Of a stretch of 64,000 nt of DNA, positions 41,652-53,344 are shown piece after piece (the stretch's first letter is position 1; every line of letters starts with the position of its first letter). Origin of the DNA: Octopus bimaculoides (Eukaryota); NCBI RefSeq assembly GCF_001194135.2, contig NC_068991.1, positions 42,620,071 through 42,684,070 on the forward strand, in the 5' to 3' direction. A program made the translations under genes and the position numbers. Below the pieces are notes generated by a model. The model saw nothing but the letters and a program-made list of their open reading frames with translations, had not been told where the DNA came from and made no database searches.

Positions 41652-43588
41652 TGCTTTATTTTCATGAGCACATATGTGTGTGTGTGTGTGTGTAGGGGGT
41701 CTGTGTGGATGTTTATATTCTGTACTTCGCATGAAAAATTGCTGAGCTATAAATGGTAGAGTTTGTTGACATTTCTCTAAAAAAAAAAAAACATCCAGTA
41801 GCTTTGTACTTTTGAAGATGAGTGGAATAAAAATTTTCTTAAGTGCAAGACAGGTGAGAGTTAGCGACAAAAAGGTAACCAGCTTTTACACAAAACCTCA
41901 ATAATATGATCTATCTAACCCATGCTTGCATAGAAAAATGGAAGTAAAACACACAAATGAATGACAACTTCTATGGTGTTGTGCTATGATAAAATGCATC
42001 CAGTACACCCTGTAAAGGGGCTGGTGTTAGAAGAGCATCCAGCAATAGAACTCATGCCAAAAATCGGGACATATGAGAGAGATGTAGCCCCTAGTCTGTC
42101 TAGGAGGGCCATTACGTCAAAGATGAACTAACTCTGATTGTGTAGTCATGCAACTTATTCCAGCTTGAAAGGGAAGTAAAATGATGATATTTCCAGTTAA
42201 TTTATTTGTAAAAGTTTCAAACAGTCGATTTAAATACTTGTTAAGGATTAACTCACTCAACTTTAGACATAGTGTTTTCAGAATTTCTTTCTTTCATCAA
42301 TTCATTAATTTATGGTTGATTTTATCTCAGTTATAGTTGAAATGTCATAACAAAACTATCTGGACAAATTATCATCAATTTTTAACAGCTTTTACAAAAT
42401 TTTTCATATTAACATTATCCTGCAGTGTTGATAAAAATTTTGTTTTTCGTTTATTCATAAAAACCAGTCAGAATTTTTTGTCTAATATAGCATGTATTGG
42501 CCACCATACTGTGATAGAAGCAAGGAAAACATGGTAACTGTTTATAATCACTTTGAAGTTCAGTATAATGTTATTATTTGATGTATATCAATTAACTGTA
42601 CTCTTGGTAATTTATCATTTATCACAAGTACTCAAGACCTTCAACTGTTTAAAATAGCTATGTCCTTTACGACCATAAACCCCACCCTACCTCCATATTC
42701 ACACACCTATGCACACATACACACACATAATTCTGTCCTCTGGTAAAACTCACCCACAACCCTTCTCCCCCCAAACCTCCACCACCCACTGCAAGTCCTC
42801 TCCAATTCCTCTCAACAACATTTGTTATCTCTAAATATCTCCTCTCACCCTTATGGTACATCTCCCTTATCCCCTCTGTGTTACTTATACTTTCCCCACC
42901 CACTTTTCCCTGGGTGTAGGCCCTCTCTCTTGCTTACTCTGACTCTTTATTCTCTCTCTCTCTCTCTCTCTCCTCCCTCTCCTTCCTTGTCCTACTGAGG
43001 TAGCCAAGTATCTCCTCTGTAATAAGACAGCTATCCCTGTCCTCTCATATTCCTATCTCTCACCCAGCACACAACCACTTCTTTCCATTCCTCTCCCTCT
43101 CTCAGCTGAGACAGCCTTGTCTTGCAAGCTACTTGGCAATTCTGCAAGTTTTAGTGCCGAATAAAAAGCACCTGTGCCAGTACCATGTAAAAAAATATCC
43201 ATGCTAGCCCCACGTAAAAACACCCATGTGAGTGTCACATGAAAAGCACTCAGTACACTCTGTAAAGTGGTTGGCGTTAGGAAGATCATTCAGCTGTAGA
43301 AACCATGCTGAAAGGTGACTGGAGCCTGGTGCAGCCCTCTGGTCTGCTAGCTCCTGTCAAACTGTGCAACCTGTGCCAGCATGGAAAACAGACATTAAAT
43401 GATAATGATGATGATGGTGATGATGTGTTATAGGTATTGAAAGTAAGAAGCTCATTTAGCGACTGCATGATTTCAGATTCACTTCCACTGTGCAGCATCT
43501 TAAGCAAGTGTCTCTTCCACTGTAACTCTGAGCCAACAAGAGCCTTGTGAGTGAATTTGCTTGATGGAAACTACGTGGAAGCCAGACC

Positions 43589-43619
<31 letters not shown>

Positions 43620-43989
43620 CTGTCTGCTTGACAGCTAGTGTTGGTTTGTTTATATCCCTGTAACTGAGTAGTTCAGTAAAGGAGACTGATGGAATAAGTA
43701 CCAGACATTCAAAATAAGTGCTAGGAGTGAACTGTTTGACTAGACTCTTCAAGACAGTGCTCCAGCATGGCCATAGTCTAATGACTGCAAATCCATTGCA
43801 TCCTGCTTCAGTGAAGTGGGAGCACTGCTTTGAAGGGTTTTAGCTGAACGAATCGATCCCAGGATATTTTTTTAAAAGCCGAGTACTTATTCTATCAGTC
43901 TCTTTTGTTGAACTATTAAGTTATGGGGATGTAAGCACACCAGCACCAGTTGTCAAGTGCTAGTGGTGGCAACAGAGGGACAAACACAG

Positions 43990-44023
<34 letters not shown>

Positions 44024-45419
44024 GACAGGCTTCTTTCAGTTTCTGTCTACTAAATCCACTTAAAAGGTTTTGGTTGGCCTGGGGCTATAGTAGAAAACAC
44101 TTGCCCAGGGTACAATGCAGAGGAACTGAACCTAGAACGATGTGGTTGGGAAGCAAGCTTCTTACCACACAGTCATGCAGCACCCATACCAATGATATGT
44201 AATAGGCACCTTTGCTGGTGAGGCATAAAAGGGCACCTGTGTTGGTGACACATAAAATGCATCCATACTGGTGACACATTGAAGGTGCCCATGCTGGTAA
44301 CACATAGGAGGCACCCATGCCAGTGAGATATGTATATGATTGGATCCAGTGGACTCTGTGGAAAAAAACCTTCATGGTTCAATGGAGGGGAGGCAGCTGC
44401 AGCAATGCATTGTGGAGTGCTGGATGAGGCAAGTAAGACATCTAAGTCATCCACTGCATCTGTTTTCATTCCCAGTCATCTTGACCTGGTCTTGCAACTG
44501 GATTGAAGATGTTCACAGATGAGAGAGTGAAGTTGATGGTGTGGAACTCTTCTTCACGTAATACAAAGTGACTATACAAGTTATCCTTACGGATGACTAG
44601 ATAGTCCTCTTCTCTCTGATGAACATCCATGAATATCATCATTTAACATCCGTTTCTCCATGCTGGCATGGGTTGGACTGTTTGACAGGAGCTGGCCAGC
44701 TGAAGAGCTGCTGAAGTTCCATGTCTGTTTTGGCATGGTTTCTACAGCTGGATGCCCTTATGAACGCCAACCACTTTACAGAGTGTATTGAGTGCTTTCA
44801 TGCAACACCGGCACAGATGCATTTACGTGGAACCATCACCCATGAGCCCACAAGGTTGGGAAACCAGCTGGAGAGAGATGCAGGGGACAGCCTGTATGCA
44901 AGGACAACCATGTTTTTACTTAGCTTGGCATGTTTGACGTGCCTTTTCAAGCACAGCAACCACCAGGAGTCTTGGTCCCCTGTCATCCCCTCTGTGAGTC
45001 CCAACATCCATAGAGCCTTTCTTACCACATTGTCTTGTGTAAAACTGGTACTCTATCAGTTATGATGATAATTGTTCCAGTTGATCCGATCAACAGAACA
45101 ACCTGCTTGTGAAATTAACGTCCAAGTGGCAGAGTACTCCATAGACATGACTACCCGTAACATAGTTCTCATGGAGATTCAGTGTGACACAGAATGTGAC
45201 AAGGCTGGCGGCCCTTTAAATTACAGGCACTTCTCACTTTTTGCCAGCTGAGTGAACTGGAGCACTGTGAAATAGTGTCTTGCTCAAGAACACAATGCAT
45301 CACTGGGAATCAAACCCACTACCTAACAATCCTGAGCTGAATACCCTAACTACTAAGCCACATGCCTTTACATAAATATGTATGTTTTTATAGGTTTATG
45401 TATGTATGTATATGTATAT

Positions 45420-45456
<37 letters not shown>

Positions 45457-46386
45457 GGATGTAAGCTCAATAATGAGCATGTCCAATGCTTGTTAATGAG
45501 CAGCAAAGCAAATATTACTTTTTTTGCCTATTTAAGGATCTGCAGTTTTTTACATACCTATTATAACTTTTACCATAACTATTTTATAAACGTTTCTACT
45601 CAGTTAAATGCAATTAGCATTGTGTACAGTCAATGTGTCTCTTCAGATCACCAATAAGAATATAACATTGATTACATGATTAGTCACAGACTTGTGTTCT
45701 TTGAGGTGGCAATAATCTATTATCAGGTTTGGTTTGATCCATGTACTGTTGAGTGGCTAACTAGACCACCCTTGAGAAAGACAAACTCAATTACAAAACT
45801 ATCATTTGAAAGAATTATTGATATCCAAGCTAATTGTTTTTACACTGTGCTTACTTTGTTTTTCTCCCTCTCTTTGCCTTTCTTCTGTTTTCTGTCTCTG
45901 AATTTTACTTGAGAATTGATTTTAGTTCAAATTTGTTTCTTTTAGTTATGTTTGAGAATTGTTTTTGATGCCCTTCTCATCTTCTTTTCTGTTTTCTTGC
46001 CTCTTTTACATCTTCTTTTTATCACACTATTTCTGAGTTTTACTTGTTTTTTTGTAAATTTCTAAGGACTCTGAAAAAAAAAATCGTCTGTGTTTCTCTC
46101 CCTCCCTCATTCCATCTTTGTTTCACCTCATATTTTCTCTCTCTTTCTTCTTTGTATCTTATATTCTTGGCACCGACCAAAAAAGATTCTTTGTCCATAT
46201 GTAACCAAAGCTCAGCTTATTTCCACCTTATGAAGAATTGTTTTTAGCTTTGTTTTTTTTTTTTTTGTAAAATGATTCCAAGTATATTCTTGACTTCTAC
46301 TGTTTCTCTCTTCCCCTTCTCTATATCTTCTTGTTTTTTCTCTCTATCATTGCATTTTACACAGCTTGTATGCATGTATGTGTATA

Positions 46387-46418
<32 letters not shown>

Positions 46419-48144
46419 CCTACCATAATTATAAATTCTATTAATTTAGAGTTAATAGGTAAAAATAAGAGTCATGAAATTATGCCAGGAATTACCAAAA
46501 AATCATTTTTAATTCAATAAAAAAATATGATGTTGATCTGTACAATTTAGAGTTTAAACTTCTCTTCTTTTTACTTAGGTTTTTTCTATATACCCTATAA
46601 TTGTAACTAATAGTGAAAATTTTGATGTCTACTAAAGTAATGCTGACATATATCTTTCAGACTAATTGTGATTAAATCAAGATATCGGGGTATTCATAAC
46701 TATTTTCTTTCTAGGCAGACTGAAGCAAACAGTTATGTGCCTTGTCTAAACAAGGCTTCAGGCTAATACAGTGAATGCTGTGTTTAGCTGATAATATCAG
46801 AATAAAACCGAATATGTTTAAAGTGGTGTCTAATATTTGTGAGAAGGCTGAAAATAATATTAGTTGTTTATTTTTTCTATCACTGCATATTTATTTTTAG
46901 TTGACCTTTTAATGTTCTTGGCATTAAATGTGTTAACATTTTTGATGTAGAAAGCATTTCTGGATTATCTGATTTATAAACAATTTTATTTTCTACATCA
47001 ATAAATATACAATTGTGTGCATTTGCTTAGAGATTCTTTCATCACTAGTTCAAGTGTAGTGAAGGCTATGTTTTACTGATGAGAGCAGAATAACACAAAC
47101 ATGTCTGCAGTTGTCTTTCTTTATAGCTGGAAAAATTAAAATAATATTAGTCATTCATTGATTTTTTTTTTCTTTTTCTTTTCACATTTATAGTCAACTT
47201 TTTATTGATCTATACTAAATATTTTGACACTTTAGCATTCAAATTAGCCATATCGGGCCAAAATATTCTACCTGTTTTATGTTCAAACTGAGCAGACCTA
47301 GCCTCTGCCATCTACTCTATAATGCCATTCTAAAAATAAACAATTAACATCATCAAAATCTCAAAGCTACAAGATAATGCATGATAATTGAAAACTGAAT
47401 GAATAAATTAGCATTACATTTTGACAGAATAATCTGAATGTTAAATGATTAATACTAACAATCCTGATATTACACTTGTTTCAAAATTTTAGCAGAAGAG
47501 CAATGTGTAGCAGAAATAAACTCCTGTAAACTGAATTAATTTAATTTTTACTCCTGTTTGAAACTTAGATCTCGAGTAAGCTAAATAATTTCTAAACATA
47601 CTGAAATACAGTGGTTTCTTTTTATGCTAGTACTTTGTTAATGAAGAGGGTTCTTTCCTGTCATTGTATTTGTAAAAGTTACTCTATTACCCAAGTATAT
47701 AGTCCAGATATGTTAAGTGTATACCACACATTTAATAAAGTTAGGAAATAATCATTTAACATACTTGTTTAATGTGGCTAAACTCCTCGAATTTATTAAC
47801 AATGCTAAGTGCACCTTGTATGTTTTAGAAGCAAATACAGCTGTGACCATTCTTAATATGTTGTTGTTAGTAACAGCTGATAACACTAACACTGAAGTCG
47901 AGTGGTTAGATAGTAATGCCAAGCCATCCCATCATTTAGTGGGCTACTTGATTAATTATTTAATGTTTATAATTTTCTTTTTCTCTTTTCTTTCTTGTTT
48001 TGAACTAGTTGATGGGATGTTCTAAATCTATTTAACATTTTCTACATTATTTATAAACATGGCAGCATGCTACTTATATATATANNNNNNNNNNNNNNNN
48101 NNNNNNNNNNNNNNNNNNNNNNNNNNNNNNNNNNNNNNNNNNNN

Positions 48145-48175
<31 letters not shown>

Positions 48176-50438
48176 AAATAATTAAGATTCAGTTGAATTA
48201 GATATTTACATTGAGGCACCAAGGCTGTTTGTTAAAGTCTGCGCAGCTCGTAGTTAGGTGAATAAAAAGCAAATAAGTAACAAGGATATCCTGGTATCAG
48301 TGCATTATGGCCGTTTCAAGCGGCTCCATTTAATTGATTAATGAAACCATTACATCAATATGAAATAAACCACTCTCCTTGGATGTAACCAACCATATAG
48401 ATTTCCAACATAGGGAATAAACCATTTTTTCTGCCTCGGAAATACCAAAGAGTAACAATGTAGTTATTTTAGTTGCTGGTACTGATTTAAGTTATACTAA
48501 GACAAAAATGGTTTATTCTTTATATTGGAAATCTATATGGTTGGCTGCAACTAAGGAGAATGGTTTATTTCATATTGAAGTAACATTTTCATTAATCAAT
48601 TAAATGGAGCTGCTTGAAACAGCCGTAATGCACAGATGCCTGGAAATCTTTGTTACTTATTTGCTTTTTATACATATATATATGTGTGTGTGTGTCAAGT
48701 GTACAAAAAGCAAAAGACAGAGATAGGTGAGGGAACAACAAGCAAGTTGTATTAGTTTCACGCTCAGGAAAAATGGAAGAAAAGTCTTGGATGTTCCGAG
48801 CTTACGCTCTTTGACAAAAAGGGGTGAGGATATATATATATATATATAGAGAGAGAGAGGGGGGGGGAGAGAAATATTAATATGAAAGAATCATCTTTGT
48901 TTTATGTCCACTTTCCACACCGGCATGGGTTAGATGGGTCACCACAATTTGAATTGGCACACATTTGGGAATACTATTCATCTATATCAGGGGTTGGCAA
49001 CTTCTTTGCTTCCATGGGCTGGATTGAGTATTAATGATGGATAGTGAGCCAGACAAAGGCCATAAAAGAATAATTATGGAAAATTACACATGCTAAAATT
49101 CAATCATGTGTTGACTATATTTAAAAAATAATTTCTATTAACCACAAATGAATGTAGTAATGGAAAAACGTCATTTATTCAATTTATGACATGACTGGAA
49201 TCATTTGTTTAAAATATCTTAGAAATACATAGCAGCTAAAAATTAATGGGAAACTTGATGTTTTTTGTTCCTTGAAAGCTTCTCAATATTAGGCTTCAAA
49301 CTTGTTGATGCCAAGAGCAAGATATTATCAAGATGATTATCAGTTAATCTTGTTTTCGAATTGTTCTTAGTTTGCTTCAATTTGGAAAATACACTGATAA
49401 GTGCTTTAAAAAAAAGTTGCTATCCTTTTTGCATGATTCACTAAGTTCGTATACTTCCCACTTGGAAAAATATATTTTGCATAGAAGTCAATCAATGGAA
49501 CATCTTTAGAATGAAATTTACATTTCAATAAGTCGTCACACTACATATCAATCAATTCCATTTGAAAACATTCTGATACTGTCTCCACCTCCAGATCAAA
49601 TGGTGTATCAAACGATTTAAACTGATTTGCATGCAGATGAAAGTCAGCAAAACATGATGCAAATTCATTTCTCAAATCCTGGATTATATTCACAAATACC
49701 TTTGAATCCTGTGGTTACCTTCTTCGAAATGATGGAAAATGTGCATAATTTTTATTTCAAAGTTGATGTTCCCACAACTGTAGCTTTTTTTCAAAGGCAA
49801 CAATATGGTTATACATGTCATTTATGAGCTGAGTTTTAACTTGAAGTTGTAAATTTATGCTATTTAAATGATTCACAATATCCACAAATGCCAAAGTTGC
49901 AAGCCAATCAGGATCTCAAAAATGTGAACTATCCACACGTTTGCTTGCGAGAAATAGTCTGCTTGCATTGAATTAATAAATAATAATTGATGTAAGTCAA
50001 TTGTTGTTAATCAGTACTTCTCCAATTTCTGTTTTCTTTAAATTTTGATTCTTGATAAATCCATGTTTATCCTTGTTTTACCTTATAACTTATGAACATA
50101 ATGTTTGCATATGTATGCCCATGGTTAAATATAGGTAACATACTGGTAGTATAATGGATACTTCTATCCCTTGGATGGTTATTTTAACCTCTAACTCAAC
50201 TAGCCTATATATATACACATTTGACGTGCTTCTTTCAATTTCTGTCTACCAAATCCACTCAAAAAGCTTTGGTTGGCCTGAGGTTGTTATAGAAGATACT
50301 TGCCCAAGGTGCCATGGAGTGGGACTGAACCTGGAACCATGTGTTTGGGAAGCAAGCTGCTTACTGCACAGCCATATACTTATATATTTCATAAAATATT
50401 TACCTTATGATATTTATCACATTTCAGTAGCCATTGTG

Positions 50439-50469
<31 letters not shown>

Positions 50470-50988
50470 TTTCTTTCAGTTTCTGACTACTGAATCCACT
50501 CACAAATCTTTGGTTGGTAACATCTCAGAGTTGATGTCAGTTAAAGTGATCTGTTACAGAAAAGTAAAGATAAGCCATCAAATCAGATCTTCTACTCAAC
50601 ACTAATGTCACTTCCATACACTCAGACACAAACACGTATAGTAGTGAGTTTTTTCCAGGCAACAAACAACTAAACTAGGTTTTTTAGCGAATATTTTAAT
50701 TAACACTTGAGGCCATTTCAACCTGAAGATAGCCTCAACTTATTCTTTCATACTTCTAAAATAGCAGTGGGGACATTGTGATGAAACAGCAAGTATCAGT
50801 AACATACAGAGGTTGAGTCAATTGGGTTAATTACTCTTTAGAATAATGACCTTATGTATTGTTTTTACTTCAGACATCACTTGAAAATTTTATTGGTCTT
50901 GGATTTTACATGTGTGTCCTTTTACTTTTTGCCAGATTCAGTGCGTTCTTCCTATTGCTTTAGCATTAGTCAACACACACGCACATGT

Positions 50989-51024
<36 letters not shown>

Positions 51025-53285
51025 ACAACTATTTATTGGGATTTCAGTTAAGCACTGCTCTTTGACATTATCAACATCCCTCTTGGATAAATGTCAGACT
51101 GTGCCATTAGTGTGCCACTTGAAGTGATGGCATGAGATGAAATAGAAAAATCCTCCACCACAGATACCTACAGTTCACTAAATTGGGGACATCAGTTTGC
51201 AGTGAAGTGTACACACTCTGTTTCACTGTTAAAATCTTCCGCAGGTTTGTGTGTGTGTGTGTGTGTGTGATTAGGAAACAGTTCTTTTTTCAAACAATAT
51301 TCATTAATAAATTACTTTAAAGCTTGTTAAGTTTTTGTTAATTTTGTTTCCCTTATTATACAAAGTACTCAGAATCTTTTCGTACACATGGATGTATATT
51401 TGTGTATGTGTGTATGTGTATGGAACGTGTGTGTGTGTGTGTGCATGTCCATGTCCATGTGTCTCTGTCTCCGTATCTTGATATCACTTGACAGTTTTAA
51501 TTGAGTATCAGTGTCATGCAAGCAGTGTCGTTCATTTCCAATCTTCCATGAAAAATGCCTGGACATGGGGGAAAATTTTATTTTGTTTGGAAACAAGTGA
51601 GGGTTGGCAATGAAAAGGGCATCTGGGCATGGAAAATCTGCCTCAACAAATTCTTTCCAACCCATAAATCATGGAAAAGTGGACATTAAAATGATAGTGA
51701 TGATTATATAATTGTATGTATGTGTGTATATGTATATATGTATAAGTATGAATGTGTATATATGTATGCGTGTGTATGTTTATATATATATATATATCAT
51801 CATCATCATTTTATGTCTGTTTTCCATGCTGGCATGGGTTGGACGGTTCGTCTGGGAAGCTGCACCGGGCCCCAATCTGATCTGGCAGTGTTTCTACAGC
51901 TGGATGCCCTTCCAAACGCCAACCACTCCGAAAGTGTAGTGGGTGCATTTTTACATGCCACCGGCACAGGGGCCAGAGGAGCTGGCATCGACCATGATTG
52001 GATGGTGCTTTTTACATGCCACCAGCACAGAAGCCAGTCAAAGTGGCACTGGCATCGGCGCCGTTCGGACGGTGCTTTTTACGTGCTACTGGCACGGGGG
52101 TCACAACTACAATTTCCATTTGATTTGATTTTAATATTGCTGTTGATGTTGATGTACTTGACTCAATAGGTCTCCTCAAGCATGGCATGTTGCCCTATAT
52201 ATATATATATATCAAAATAAGCAACAGGATATCCAGAGGTGATGCAGTACACCCATTTCAAGCGACTCCATTTAATTGAACAATGCAATCATTACATCAA
52301 TTTAAATGCAGAGCTATCCTCAGCTGCTTAAATATATAAATAACAGCATGGACTTTGTCTGTCTTCTTACCTTTTTAGAGGATTTAAGTAAAATCATACA
52401 AATGTGTCTGACTGACTAAATTAATTCTATTTATTTATGCAGCTGAGGATAGCTCTGCATTTAAATTGATGTGATGATTGCATTGTTCAATTAAATGGAG
52501 CCACTTGAAACGGTCGTACTGCATCACCTCTGGATATTCTGTTGCTTATTTTGATTTTATTCACCTTATTCTGAAATTGTACAGATAATACTGCACTAAT
52601 TTTTGGTGCCTCAACTTAAGTACCTAATTCATCTGAATCTCAATTATTTTGCTATATATATAATGTAATTATGTGTGTGCAATTATATGTATGTATGTAT
52701 GTATGTATGTATGCGCGCGCGCGTGTATANNNNNNNNNNNNNNNNNNNNNNNNNNNNNNNNNNNNNNNNNNNNNNNNNNNNNNNNNNNNNNNNNNNNNNN
52801 NNNNNNNNNNNNNNNNNNNNNNNNNNNNNNNNNNNNNNNNNNNNNNNNNNNNNNNNNNNNNNNNNNNNNNNNNNNNNNNNNNNNNNNNNNNNNNNNNNNN
52901 NNNNNNNNNNNNNNNNNNNNNNNNNNNNNNNNNNNNNNNNNNNNNNNNNNNNNNNNNNNNNNNNNNNNNNNNNNNNNNNNNNNNNNNNNNNNNNNNNNNN
53001 NNNNNNNNNNNNNNNNNNNNNNNNNNNNNNNNNNNNNNNNNNNNNNNNNNNNNNNNGATCAAGGATCATGGCAACGCATGTTAGCTATTACATTTGATTG
53101 CACGATTAGTACAAGTAGAACTATTATAATCAGAAATTTGAAAGGAATTAAATTTAATAATTTATTTCATTTTATTTTCCAGGATGATAGTTATTTTATT
53201 GGCTGGATTATTATTCAAGAAAACTGGTTATTATTTCTCACTGTTGTGGTTTACATTTTCAACAGCATACTTCTTGGTAAGTAGA

Positions 53286-53344
<59 letters not shown>

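Noticed and set aside
46715-46806. Possible alternative last exon (acceptor at 46714, 16 codons in frame, stop at 46764, AATAAA at 46801)
   Set aside because: Such combinations are expected by chance in an AT-rich 11.7-kb intron. There is no homology, and it would remove conserved transmembrane segments.
52730-53056. Possibility that the gap just before exon 8 hides a YIF1 exon
   Set aside because: Exons 7 and 8 join in phase (GYKYVG-MIVIL), colinear with known YIF1 proteins.
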